Of a stretch of DNA of 64,000 nt, positions 1 through 9,424 are shown piece by piece. Origin of the DNA: Bacteroidia bacterium (GTDB lineage: Bacteria; Bacteroidota; Bacteroidia; Bacteroidales; UBA7960). The stretch is from the NCBI GenBank assembly GCA_007695305.1, contig REEA01000095.1, positions 126 to 64,125 on the forward strand, read 5' to 3'. Below the pieces are notes generated by a model. That model did not search any database, was not told where the DNA came from, and worked only from the letters and a program-made list of their open reading frames with translations. A program made the translations under genes and the position numbers. Every line of letters begins with the position of its first letter. Positions within the stretch are counted from its first letter, which is position 1.

Positions 1-137
1 ATGATTTGCGAGAGTCACACAAATAAAAGCCTGATTTTGTTTGCGTTAGGTCAGATTTGATAGTTAAGCGGTAAGTTTATATACTTCGGTTGTGCATAAC
101 ATTTGTATCTTTACCAGGAGTTTAATAATGCTTTTAA

Positions 138-1535
138 ATGGTATTGATCCAATCAATTTCGGGAATCAGGGGCACAATAGGTGGACGGCCGGGAGAGGGA
201 CTGTCGCCGGTTGATGTGATGACATTTGCCGGTGCCTATGGCATGTGGCTGAAAAACAGAAATCCGGACACTCAGCTCAAGGTGGTCATCGGCAGGGATG
301 CCAGACTATCCGGTCCTGTGATCACACATATTGTTACAGCTACCTTGCAGGCCATGGGTATAGATGTGATAGACCTGGGACTATCAACAACACCCACTGT
401 GGAATTGGGGGTAAAGCACCATACAAGCCACGGGGGCATTGTTATAACAGCCAGCCACAACCCCAAAAACTGGAACGCGCTCAAACTGCTCAACGAAAAG
501 GGTGAGTTTATGACCAAAGAGGAGGGAGAAGCCATGCAAGTGTTTGCTGAACCGCTTGCTTTTTCTTTTGTTCCATCAGACATGCTTGGCCGTTACATTA
601 CCGATGAAAAAATGCTTGAAAGACATATTGATATGATCAGAAATTTGCCGCTGGTTGATACGGAAGCGATAGCTGCTGCAAATTTCCATATCGTTGTTGA
701 TGGGATCAATTCATCCGGAGGGGTTGCCGTTCCGGCTCTGCTCAGGGCCCTGGGTGTGCAAAAAATCACGGGGCTGCATTGTGAACCTACGGGACTGTTT
801 CAGCACAATCCTGAACCTTTACCGGAGCACCTCCATAGTTTGTCAGCCGAGGTTGAAAGCACAAGTGCGCATCTTGGCATTGCTGTTGATCCCGATGTGG
901 ATCGACTCGCCATGGTGTGTGAAAATGGTGATATGTTTGGAGAAGAATACACACTTGTAGCAGTGGCTGATTATGTGCTGTCCAAAACCCCTGGTAATAC
1001 CGTCAGCAACCTGTCATCCAGCCAGGCCCTGGCAGAAGTGACCAAAAAACACGGCGGTTTACATTTCTATTCACCTGTTGGTGAGGCCCACGTAGTGGAA
1101 GCCATGAAAAAACACCATGCCGTCATTGGTGGGGAAGGAAATGGCGGTGTAATATATCCCGCATTGCATTATGGAAGAGATGCCCTCGCCGGTATTGCCC
1201 TGTTCCTGTCCGCACTGGCACTCCGCGGGATTTCTGCAAGCCGCCTGAAAAATACATTGCCGCAATTCCATATCTCAAAGAATAAAATTGAACTACCCGA
1301 AGGGGTTGATATCGGAAGCATTATCGGCGAGCTGGCCCGGAAATACCGTGAACAGCCACAGGAAACCATTGATGGGTTAAAGATTTGGTTTGACAATCAG
1401 TGGGTACACTTGCGTGCTTCAAACACAGAACCCATCATCCGTATGTATACGGAAAGTGACAGCATGGTGAAGGCTGAAAAGTTGGCAAAGCTTATACAAT
1501 CCGACATCAGCGGGGTGATAAGAACGATGAGATGA
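138..1535 (+). CDS. glmM: phosphoglucosamine mutase (alpha-D-phosphohexomutase family)
   Basis: 465-aa ORF with ATG start. Phosphoserine loop TASHNPKNWNALKL, metal-binding DPDVDR, and the N-terminal SISGIRGTIGG typical of Bacteroidota GlmM. Confidence 0.85.
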   Translation: MVLIQSISGIRGTIGGRPGEGLSPVDVMTFAGAYGMWLKNRNPDTQLKVVIGRDARLSGPVITHIVTATLQAMGIDVIDLGLSTTPTVELGVKHHTSHGGIVITASHNPKNWNALKLLNEKGEFMTKEEGEAMQVFAEPLAFSFVPSDMLGRYITDEKMLERHIDMIRNLPLVDTEAIAAANFHIVVDGINSSGGVAVPALLRALGVQKITGLHCEPTGLFQHNPEPLPEHLHSLSAEVESTSAHLGIAVDPDVDRLAMVCENGDMFGEEYTLVAVADYVLSKTPGNTVSNLSSSQALAEVTKKHGGLHFYSPVGEAHVVEAMKKHHAVIGGEGNGGVIYPALHYGRDALAGIALFLSALALRGISASRLKNTLPQFHISKNKIELPEGVDIGSIIGELARKYREQPQETIDGLKIWFDNQWVHLRASNTEPIIRMYTESDSMVKAEKLAKLIQSDISGVIRTMR

Positions 1536-4500
1536 TGTCCAACGCCTCATCGATGCCTGTTACCTGCTCAATGTTCATGGCCAGCTGGTCATTTACCTCC
1601 CTTATGCGGGTGCGCTTTGGATGCCTCTTTGCATAGTCGAGCATATTGCCGAAAGTCGCACCCCCATAATAATCCGTCATTTCACTACCCGGCAAATAAC
1701 CAATCAGCTTGCCTGCTTTTAAAATGATTTTTTCGAAACCTGCTTCTTGTGCATACTTTCTCAGACGCACTGCCTGTAATAATCCTTTCACGGACTCAGG
1801 CAGCGGGCCGAAGCGATCAATCATTTTTTGCGCAAATGTATCCAGCTTAGCCGTATCCGTGATGCTGTCAAGTTCCTTGTAGAGGTTTAAACGCTCTTCA
1901 ATATTCCACACATAATCCGTGGGGATCATTAACCCAAGGTCTGTCTCCAGGTGGCAGCGAATCGACTGCAGTCGTGTCTCAGCACTTTCATCCTTAAAAA
2001 CATCCCGGAATTCCTGCTCCTTTAATTCGGCAATGGCCTCATCCAATATTTTGTGATAGGTTTCAAGGCCCACCTCGGAAATAAAACCGCTCTGTTCTGC
2101 TCCCAGGAGATTTCCTGCACCGCGAATGTCAAGATCCCGCATGGCAATATTAAAGCCGCTTCCCAATTCAGAAAACTCTTCAATGGACTTCAAACGTTTT
2201 CTTGCTTCATCGGTGAGTGCACTCATGGGTGGCGACAAGAGGTAGCAAAATGCTTTCTTATTGGTACGACCCACCCGGCCGCGCATCTGATGCAGGTCGC
2301 TCAACCCGAAATGATGTGCATTATTGATGATGATTGTATTGGCATTGGGAATATCAAGTCCTGATTCAATGATGGTGGTAGAAACCAGCACATCATACTC
2401 ACCATGGATAAAATCCACCATGATTTTTTCCAGCCGCGTACCTTCCAGCTGTCCGTGACCCACTGCCACACTCACTTGCGGGCAAACCCGCTGCACGATA
2501 GCCGCCACATCCTGAATGTTTTGCACGCGGTTATGCACGAAATATACCTGCCCGCCCCTCGATATCTCAAATTCGATCGCTTCCCTGATCAATTCTTCAT
2601 TGAAAACATGTACTTCGGTGATGATAGGATACCTGTTTGGCGGAGGGGTGTTCAGAAATGAAAGATCCCTGGCCCCCAGGAGAGAAAACTGAAGCGTGCG
2701 CGGTATCGGGGTAGCTGTCAGCGTTAATGTGTCCACATTGATACGAAGCTGCTTCAGCTTTTCTTTGGAAGCAACACCGAACTTTTGCTCTTCATCTATG
2801 ATCAGCAATCCAAGGTCTTTAAAGGCAATGTCTTTGCTGAGCAAACGGTGTGTCCCGATCAGGATGTCCACCTGTCCTTCCCTTGCCCCGTCCAGGGCTT
2901 TTTTTCGCTCCTTCGTTGACCTGAAACGGCTGATATAATCCACCGTGCAGGGGAAGTCTTTCAGCCTGTCGGTAAAGGTATAGTAATGCTGCAGGGCAAG
3001 AATGGTTGTGGGAACCAGCACCGCAACCTGCTTGGAATCATTAACGGCCTTGAATGCCGCCCGAATGGCTACCTCTGTTTTGCCAAATCCCACATCACCG
3101 CAAATCAACCGGTCCATTGGTGTTGGTGATTCCATATCAGACTTAACTGCTGCGGTGGATTTCTCCTGATCAGGGGTGTCTTCAAAAATAAATGAAGCTT
3201 CCAATTCATGCTGTAAATATGTATCAGGAGAAAAGGCAAATCCTTGTTGCGCCTTTCGTTTGGCATACAGGCTGATCAAGTCCTTGGCAATATCCTTGAC
3301 CTTGTTCTTGGTTTTGTTTTTGAGTCGTGACCACGCATTGGAACCAAGCCTGTGAAGCGTAGGTGCCGTGCCTTCTTTTCCCGTGTATTTGGAAACCCTG
3401 TGAAGGCTGTGAATACTTACATACAGGATGTCATTGTTTTTATATACCAGACGGATCGCCTCCTGTATCCGGCCCATCACTTCTATTTTTTCCAGACCGC
3501 TGTATATGCCGATGCCATGGTCAATATGTGTCACATAATCTCCCGGTTTGAGATTCCGGAGTGCTTTTAATGTCATCAGCTGTTTGCCGGCGAATTTGTC
3601 CCGGATACGATACCGGTGATACCTGCCGAAAATCTGATGGTCTGTATAGCAGGCAATTTCATTGTCATGGTCAATAAAACCTTCGTGAAGGGTTAACAGC
3701 ATCCCTTCATGACGGAAATCAATATCGTCTTTATCATCTTCTGCAATGGTTTCAAATATGCTCTCTATTCTCCTGATTTGCTTTGGACTATCATATAATA
3801 TAATGTTTTTTATTCCTTGCCTGGTGTTTTGGCGTAGGTTACTGATAAGCAAGTCAAAATGTTTGTTGAAGTTTGGCTGAGGTGCATGGGAAAAGGTAAT
3901 CCTTGTATCGGAGTCCTTAGCGATCAGTTTTCTCCGGAATTCAACCAGACGATGTTTTTGCAGACCCGACAAAAACTCCACATAGCTGATGTAGTCCGTG
4001 GTGTTAAAATGGTCTTCTTCCATACCATTGCGGATGATTTCTCCGCAAAAGGCCGTGTCTTCCGACCAAATAACGGTATTACCGGGCAAGGCTTCAAGGA
4101 TACATTCCGTCAGGTTTGCTTCTTGCTGCATTGCCCGGATGTCGGGCAAAATACTGATCTTTTCCTGAATGGCAACAGAAAGTTGTGTTTCTGTATCAAA
4201 GGTCCTGAGGCTTTCCGTTCGGTCCCCCATAATTTCAATACGAAAAGGAAAATCGTTTGAAAATGAATATACATCCACAATACCCCCTCTTACAGAAAAC
4301 TGCCCCGGTTCAACCACGAAATCCACATGCTCAAACCCATATTCTATCAGAACATCCATCAAAAATTCCACGCTGAGGTTTTCGCCGTTTCTTAAGGTGA
4401 GGATGTTTTTCTTAATGATATCGCCTGCCACCACTTTTTCGGCATAAGCTTCGGGGTAGGTAACAATGATGGTTTGGCCGGTTTCGGCGCTCAAGCGGTT

Positions 4501-4857
4501 CAATACTTCGGCGCGCAGCAGAACACCGGCTTTGTCTTCTTCTTTTGAATGAAGGGGTTTTTTATAGGAAGAGGGGAAAAAGAAAACATGCCTGTCCTCA
4601 TAGCTTTTGTCCTTTTCACCCATGAGGATTTCCAGGTCATTGAAAAAATAAGCAGCTGTTTCTTTGTTGGAAAGGATAAACAGAAAAGACTTTTTTGTTT
4701 TCTGTATAGATGCCGCCGCAATCACAGCCGCCGACGATCCTGCCAGCCCGCTGACGAAAGCCACGTCGGGGCGGTCGGACTCGCCTGTGAAAGCTTCCAG
4801 GTCATGAAAACCTTTGCTGCTGGTAAAAAGGGCAGGAAATTTTTCTGTTCGCGACAC
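1507..4857 (-). CDS. mfd: transcription-repair coupling factor
   Basis: 1116 aa. Helicase Walker A GFGKTEVA, motif II DEEQKFG, a CarD-like RNAP-interaction region and a TRCF C-terminal domain. The start is GTG with no nearby ATG. Its 3' end overlaps glmM by 29 nt in convergent orientation. Confidence 0.92.
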   Translation of the reverse strand: MSRTEKFPALFTSSKGFHDLEAFTGESDRPDVAFVSGLAGSSAAVIAAASIQKTKKSFLFILSNKETAAYFFNDLEILMGEKDKSYEDRHVFFFPSSYKKPLHSKEEDKAGVLLRAEVLNRLSAETGQTIIVTYPEAYAEKVVAGDIIKKNILTLRNGENLSVEFLMDVLIEYGFEHVDFVVEPGQFSVRGGIVDVYSFSNDFPFRIEIMGDRTESLRTFDTETQLSVAIQEKISILPDIRAMQQEANLTECILEALPGNTVIWSEDTAFCGEIIRNGMEEDHFNTTDYISYVEFLSGLQKHRLVEFRRKLIAKDSDTRITFSHAPQPNFNKHFDLLISNLRQNTRQGIKNIILYDSPKQIRRIESIFETIAEDDKDDIDFRHEGMLLTLHEGFIDHDNEIACYTDHQIFGRYHRYRIRDKFAGKQLMTLKALRNLKPGDYVTHIDHGIGIYSGLEKIEVMGRIQEAIRLVYKNNDILYVSIHSLHRVSKYTGKEGTAPTLHRLGSNAWSRLKNKTKNKVKDIAKDLISLYAKRKAQQGFAFSPDTYLQHELEASFIFEDTPDQEKSTAAVKSDMESPTPMDRLICGDVGFGKTEVAIRAAFKAVNDSKQVAVLVPTTILALQHYYTFTDRLKDFPCTVDYISRFRSTKERKKALDGAREGQVDILIGTHRLLSKDIAFKDLGLLIIDEEQKFGVASKEKLKQLRINVDTLTLTATPIPRTLQFSLLGARDLSFLNTPPPNRYPIITEVHVFNEELIREAIEFEISRGGQVYFVHNRVQNIQDVAAIVQRVCPQVSVAVGHGQLEGTRLEKIMVDFIHGEYDVLVSTTIIESGLDIPNANTIIINNAHHFGLSDLHQMRGRVGRTNKKAFCYLLSPPMSALTDEARKRLKSIEEFSELGSGFNIAMRDLDIRGAGNLLGAEQSGFISEVGLETYHKILDEAIAELKEQEFRDVFKDESAETRLQSIRCHLETDLGLMIPTDYVWNIEERLNLYKELDSITDTAKLDTFAQKMIDRFGPLPESVKGLLQAVRLRKYAQEAGFEKIILKAGKLIGYLPGSEMTDYYGGATFGNMLDYAKRHPKRTRIREVNDQLAMNIEQVTGIDEALDIISSFLSPR

Positions 4858-4869
4858 GCCGGTAAATAT

Positions 4870-5883
4870 TTATGCGTATTCTTTCATGAAGGCCTCCACC
4901 TTTTCCACCATATTCTTCGGTCCCACAAAAAACGGTGAACGTTGGTGCAATGTTTCCGGGTCAATCTCCGTGATTCGCCGGTATCCGTCACTGGCTTTGC
5001 CACCTGCTTGTTCAGCTATGAAAGCGATTGGACTGCATTCATATAACAGACGAAGTTTTCCGTTGGGTTGCACGGTGGTTCCCGGGTACATAAAAATGCC
5101 TCCTTTAATGAGATTCCGGTGAAAGTCGGCTACCAAAGAGCCAATATAACGTGATGTATAAGGCCTGTTTGTCTCCTTATCGATTTCCTGACAATATTTT
5201 ATATATCTTTTCACGCCCTCGGGAAAATAAATGTAGTTCCCTTCATTGATAGAGTAAATAGTCTCCTTTTCCGGATAGTGCATGTCCGGGTGTGAAAGGC
5301 AAAAAATACCTACAGAGGGGTCAAGTGTAAACCCGTTGACACCTTTTCCTGTGGTGTACACAAGCATGGTGGAAGAACCATAGATGATATAACCGGCAGC
5401 CGTCAGGTTCAGTCCCGGCTGTAAAAGGTCTTCCTGTGTTCCACCTCCTGCATCGCTGACGCGCCGGTAAATGGAAAAGATGGTGCCAATGGAAACGTTG
5501 GATTCTATATTGCTGCTGCCGTCCAGGGGATCCATGGCAATCACATATTTGCCCAATCCGGAAAACTCGTTGCTGAATGAAATCACTTTTTCATTCTCTT
5601 CCGAGGCAATGGCGCAACACTCGCCACCGCCTTTCAGGGCTGTGATGAACATTTCGTTGGCAAATACGTCCAGCTTTTTTTGGGTTTCACCCTGTACATT
5701 TTCTTTGCCAACCGTTCCCAGTATATCCACAAGTCCGGCTGCATTGATCTCGCGGTTAACTATCTTAGCTGCCGTGGCTATGTCGTTGAGCAAACGTGTA
5801 AGTGCCCCTTTGGCATGCGGGTATTCTGACTGGCGTTGAATGATAAATTCTGTGAGTGTTGTGATTCTGCTGCGGTGTACCAT
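4870..5883 (-). CDS. fbp: fructose-1,6-bisphosphatase class 1
   Basis: Motifs [11 protein letters not shown] and [21 protein letters not shown]. The ORF-track start at 5904 is TTG, so I prefer the ATG at 5883 ([15 protein letters not shown]), which matches family N-termini. Confidence 0.88.
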   Translation of the reverse strand: MVHRSRITTLTEFIIQRQSEYPHAKGALTRLLNDIATAAKIVNREINAAGLVDILGTVGKENVQGETQKKLDVFANEMFITALKGGGECCAIASEENEKVISFSNEFSGLGKYVIAMDPLDGSSNIESNVSIGTIFSIYRRVSDAGGGTQEDLLQPGLNLTAAGYIIYGSSTMLVYTTGKGVNGFTLDPSVGIFCLSHPDMHYPEKETIYSINEGNYIYFPEGVKRYIKYCQEIDKETNRPYTSRYIGSLVADFHRNLIKGGIFMYPGTTVQPNGKLRLLYECSPIAFIAEQAGGKASDGYRRITEIDPETLHQRSPFFVGPKNMVEKVEAFMKEYA

Positions 5884-5936
5884 TTTTATTGTTTTGATAT
5901 GCAAGAAACAAATAAATTTTCAGATAAAAAAGTCCA

Positions 5937-7178
5937 CTAAGATTCATTGATTAACTCCCTCAGCATTGCGAGGGCGGCATTGGAAGCCCGTATGATGTTT
6001 CTCTCCCTGTTATCGCCAAACTGGTATTTGTGACTGAATGTTTTATTTTGGGAAGAGACAGCGATCCAGGTTGTCCCGACGGGTTTTTCCTCTGAGCCGC
6101 CGTCAGGGCCTGCGATCCCTGTTACCCCGACAGCATAATCGCTGTTCATCAGTTTCAGAACTGATTCGGCCATGTTCTCTGCTGTCTCCTTGCTTACTGC
6201 GCCAAATGATTCCAACAGATCCTGCGGGATGTGAAGCAAACCGGTTTTGATTTGATTGCCGTAGGCTACAATGCTTCCCGAAAAATATGCTGAACTGCCC
6301 GGAATGGAAGTGATTCTGTGGGCAATATAACCACCGGTGCAGCTTTCAGCAGTGCAAACGGTTTTTCCACGCTCCCGAAGTAAACTTCCCACAACACCTT
6401 CCAGTGTATCACTATCAAAACCCCAGATATACTCAGGAATGATCCTTTTTAGCGCCTCCACTTCCCTGTCAATGATCTCCCGCAGCCTTTCTTCATTTTT
6501 TCCTTTGGCGGAGAGCCTCAGTTTCACGATGCCAACAGAAGGCAGGTAGGCAAGCTGAATCTCTTCGGGCAGGTTGTTTTCCCAATCCCCGATCAAATCC
6601 ACCAGGTATGATTCTCCAATTCCATGGGTCAATACACTTTTGTGAACAATGTATTTTTCTCTTTCTTTTTCAAGAAGGGCCGGTAAAACGTGTTTGCTTA
6701 CCATTTCCTTCATTTCGTAAGGCACACCCGGCATGGCGATAAATGATTTGCCGGCTTGAGTAAACCAGAATCCCGGTGCAGTGCCATAGGGGTTCCTGAT
6801 GATCCTGGCTTTATCGGGTACCATGGCCTGGTTTCGGTTAATATCGGTAATCGTCCGTCCCCGCTGTTTGAAAAAAACAGTGATGTCGTCAAGCACCTGC
6901 CGGTTCATTACCAGCTCTGCATCAAAAAATGTACACAAAACATCCCTCGTTACATCATCCCTGGTAGGCCCCAGGCCACCGGTGATAAGCACCAGGTCTG
7001 CCCTGTCAGCAGCTGCCTTCAATGTGTCCAGAATTTCCTCATGCCGGTCCGTGATCACCCTGATCTCTTTCACTTCAATGCCGGCTGTGTTGAGCTGTGC
7101 AGCCATCCATGCTGCATTGGTATTAATGGTTTGTCCAATCAGCAATTCTTCACCAATAGATATGATAAATGCATCCAT
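5937..7178 (-). CDS. cinA: CinA-family competence/damage-inducible protein (MoCF-like domain plus NMN amidohydrolase domain)
   Basis: N-terminal ITGGLGPTRDD (MoCF biosynthesis fold) and C-terminal TAESCTGG (CinA/PncC). The track start at 7196 is TTG, and the ATG at 7178 gives the family-typical MDAFIISIGEELL. Confidence 0.85.
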   Translation of the reverse strand: MDAFIISIGEELLIGQTINTNAAWMAAQLNTAGIEVKEIRVITDRHEEILDTLKAAADRADLVLITGGLGPTRDDVTRDVLCTFFDAELVMNRQVLDDITVFFKQRGRTITDINRNQAMVPDKARIIRNPYGTAPGFWFTQAGKSFIAMPGVPYEMKEMVSKHVLPALLEKEREKYIVHKSVLTHGIGESYLVDLIGDWENNLPEEIQLAYLPSVGIVKLRLSAKGKNEERLREIIDREVEALKRIIPEYIWGFDSDTLEGVVGSLLRERGKTVCTAESCTGGYIAHRITSIPGSSAYFSGSIVAYGNQIKTGLLHIPQDLLESFGAVSKETAENMAESVLKLMNSDYAVGVTGIAGPDGGSEEKPVGTTWIAVSSQNKTFSHKYQFGDNRERNIIRASNAALAMLRELINES

Positions 7179-7252
7179 AGTGCCATTTTTTTTCAAAAAT
7201 AAGCATTATACTTTCAGTGCAAGATATATTAGGTAATTATTTTAATTATTGA

Positions 7253-7260
7253 TATTTTTG
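7253..7260 (+). promoter_or_regulatory. candidate Bacteroidota sigma-A -7 box (TAnnTTTG)
   Basis: TATTTTTG lies 35 nt upstream of the ATG at 7295, in the divergent gap between cinA and the phosphorylase gene. Confidence 0.35.
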
Positions 7261-7294
7261 CCGCTTTTACTGCAAAAAGGAAAGGATTCATGTT

Positions 7295-8164
7295 ATGAGA
7301 AAGTTCAAAGAGTCAGAGCTGATCATTAACCCCGACGGCAGCATATACCATCTCAACCTGCAACCTGAACAAGTCGCCGGAAAAGTGATACTGGTCGGAG
7401 ACCAGGGAAGGGTACCAATGGTATCGGCACATTTTGATAAAATTGACCATAAAGCGCACAACAGGGAGTTTGTTACCCACACCGGCATCTATAAAAATCA
7501 GGCTGTTACCGTTCTTTCAACAGGTATCGGCACCGACAATATTGACATCGTGCTGAATGAACTCGATGCCCTGGTAAACATCGATTTTGGAAGCAGAACA
7601 ACCAGGGATCAGCTTACATCGCTGGAAATTATTCGGCTGGGGACATCGGGAGCCATGCAAAAAGATATTCCCGTTGACACGCTTGTAGCCTCCTCCCACG
7701 GACTGGGTTTCGACGGGCTCTTGCATTTTTATGACTATGACAGCCGGTTGCTGGCAAATGAACTGACAGAAGCTTTCGTCAATTACACCTCGTGGAACGA
7801 AAAACTGCCCTATCCATATATCATTCCTGCCAATGACAAATTACTGAAAAGCATTGCTCACGATATGACCTCCGGTATTACAGCTACTGCCAACGGTTTC
7901 TTCGGGCCGCAGGGGCGTGAGTTGAGAATACCACTGGCATATCCCGATCTGAACCAAAGAATTGAAAGCTTTCGATTCCAAAACCATCGCATCACAAACT
8001 TCGAAATGGAAACCTCCGCGCTCTATGCCCTGGGCACATTATTGGGACACAAAACCCTGACAGTTTGCAGCATTATCGCCAACAGAGCAAGAAAAGAGTA
8101 CAGCGCCGACTACAAAAAAACCGTGGAGGAAATGATCGCCCGGGTTTTGGACAGGTTTGTATAA
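7295..8164 (+). CDS. nucleoside phosphorylase (PNP/UDP family, uridine-phosphorylase-like)
   Basis: 289 aa. Contains the VLSTGIGTDNIDIVLNEL, RLGTSGA and FEMETSALY blocks typical of the PNP_UDP_1 fold. Confidence 0.7.
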   Translation: MRKFKESELIINPDGSIYHLNLQPEQVAGKVILVGDQGRVPMVSAHFDKIDHKAHNREFVTHTGIYKNQAVTVLSTGIGTDNIDIVLNELDALVNIDFGSRTTRDQLTSLEIIRLGTSGAMQKDIPVDTLVASSHGLGFDGLLHFYDYDSRLLANELTEAFVNYTSWNEKLPYPYIIPANDKLLKSIAHDMTSGITATANGFFGPQGRELRIPLAYPDLNQRIESFRFQNHRITNFEMETSALYALGTLLGHKTLTVCSIIANRARKEYSADYKKTVEEMIARVLDRFV

Positions 8165-8342
8165 AAGGAACAACACACCCATTCGTTTCGGCAAAAAGGT
8201 CTGATTGCCAATTGTTTTCCAATCAGCCTTATTGTTATCAGGATCTGAAAACCGGCCTCAATCTTACATTGAAGCATGATCAATTTGATTACTTTTGTTC
8301 TTAATTGTGAATATCTGGTCAACACTTCTAAACCCGGTTAAC

Positions 8343-9233
8343 ATGGCAGATCACAAAAAAAAGCGTAGCATCAGGGCATTGGTTAGTATGCTGGATGAAC
8401 CGGACCCCCTTGTTTTTCGTGATATTTCCGATAAAATCCTGCATTTTGGAGAAGAAGCCATCCCCTTTCTGGAAGCGGGTTCACATGGTGCAGATAATGA
8501 TAACCTCCGGAAACGCTTTGATAACCTTATCCGCACCATACAGCGCGAGGCCGTTTTTGAAGGACTTAGCCGCTGGGCGGAAGATGATGCCGGCAATGAT
8601 CTTTTATCGGCATGGCTGCTTGTCACAAAATTACACTATCCCAATGTGAATAATGAAGACATTGGAAATGAGATCAGTACCATCCGCCGGGATGTATGGA
8701 TGGAGATGAATGAAAACCTCACCGCCCTTGAAAAGGTAAAGGTTTTTAACCATGTGTTTTATAAGATACATCAATTTCATGCCAACCTGGAAAATTACCA
8801 TGATCCGGATAATTCATTTGTGAACAGGGTTTTACAAACCCGAACCGGCAATCCCCTGAGTATTGGTATCCTGTATATGCTGGTCGCGCAAAGCCTTGAT
8901 ATGCCCATCGCGGGAATCAATCTCCCTGAACATTTTGCCCTTGCTTACCTGGGCGAAACCATTGATCCCCAAAGCATGCAAATGAAAAAGAATATGCCCC
9001 TGTTTTATATCAACGCTTTCAGTAATGGCGAAGCTTTTTCCGCAAAGGAAATCAATGATTTTTTGATTAAACTGGATCTTGAACCACTTCCTTCTTTTTT
9101 TCAACCATGCACAAATAAAGACATCATCATGCGTATGGTGAACAACCTGGTATTTGCCTATACACAAAGCAATCAGGAAGACAGAAAAATGGATATGGAA
9201 ATATTGCGCGACCGTTTAAAGAAAACCTTCTGA
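8343..9233 (+). CDS. transglutaminase-like / SirB1 (UPF0162)-like protein
   Basis: The block RTGNPLSIGILYMLVAQSLDMPIAGINLPEHF resembles the SirB1 N-terminal/transglutaminase-core2 family. The track start at 8295 is TTG, so the ATG at 8343 is preferred. Confidence 0.45.
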   Translation: MADHKKKRSIRALVSMLDEPDPLVFRDISDKILHFGEEAIPFLEAGSHGADNDNLRKRFDNLIRTIQREAVFEGLSRWAEDDAGNDLLSAWLLVTKLHYPNVNNEDIGNEISTIRRDVWMEMNENLTALEKVKVFNHVFYKIHQFHANLENYHDPDNSFVNRVLQTRTGNPLSIGILYMLVAQSLDMPIAGINLPEHFALAYLGETIDPQSMQMKKNMPLFYINAFSNGEAFSAKEINDFLIKLDLEPLPSFFQPCTNKDIIMRMVNNLVFAYTQSNQEDRKMDMEILRDRLKKTF

Positions 9234-9260
9234 CCGGTGTTTGACCGCACCGGATTTTTT
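9234..9260 (+). terminator. candidate intrinsic terminator
   Basis: CCGGTG (9234-9239) pairs with CACCGG (9248-9253) across an 8-nt loop, followed by ATTTTTTG. It sits directly after the stop codon at 9233. Confidence 0.45.
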
Positions 9261-9353
9261 GCCAAAATTATACAGGTTATTTTTCCATAGATTTTACCCC
9301 TGAATTTCAATAATAAATTCCCGTTCCGGCTATTAAATGTAAATGGTTTCCAT

Positions 9354-9361
9354 TACCTTTG
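9354..9361 (+). promoter_or_regulatory. candidate -7 box (TAnnTTTG) for the aminomutase operon
   Basis: TACCTTTG lies 64 nt upstream of the ATG at 9425. Confidence 0.4.
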
Positions 9362-9424
9362 CATGCAGATGGACAAGATTTGAATTTTTCTCAACATATT
9401 GTATAACAACAAAATAAAAGTCAA

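Noticed and set aside
9234-9424. A possible lysine (L-box) or other riboswitch in the leader of the KamA-like gene.
   Set aside because: The 191-nt spacer is AT-rich with no extended helices or conserved riboswitch core that I could recognise. After the putative -7 box only about 60 nt of leader remain. A covariance-model scan would be needed to exclude a riboswitch formally.
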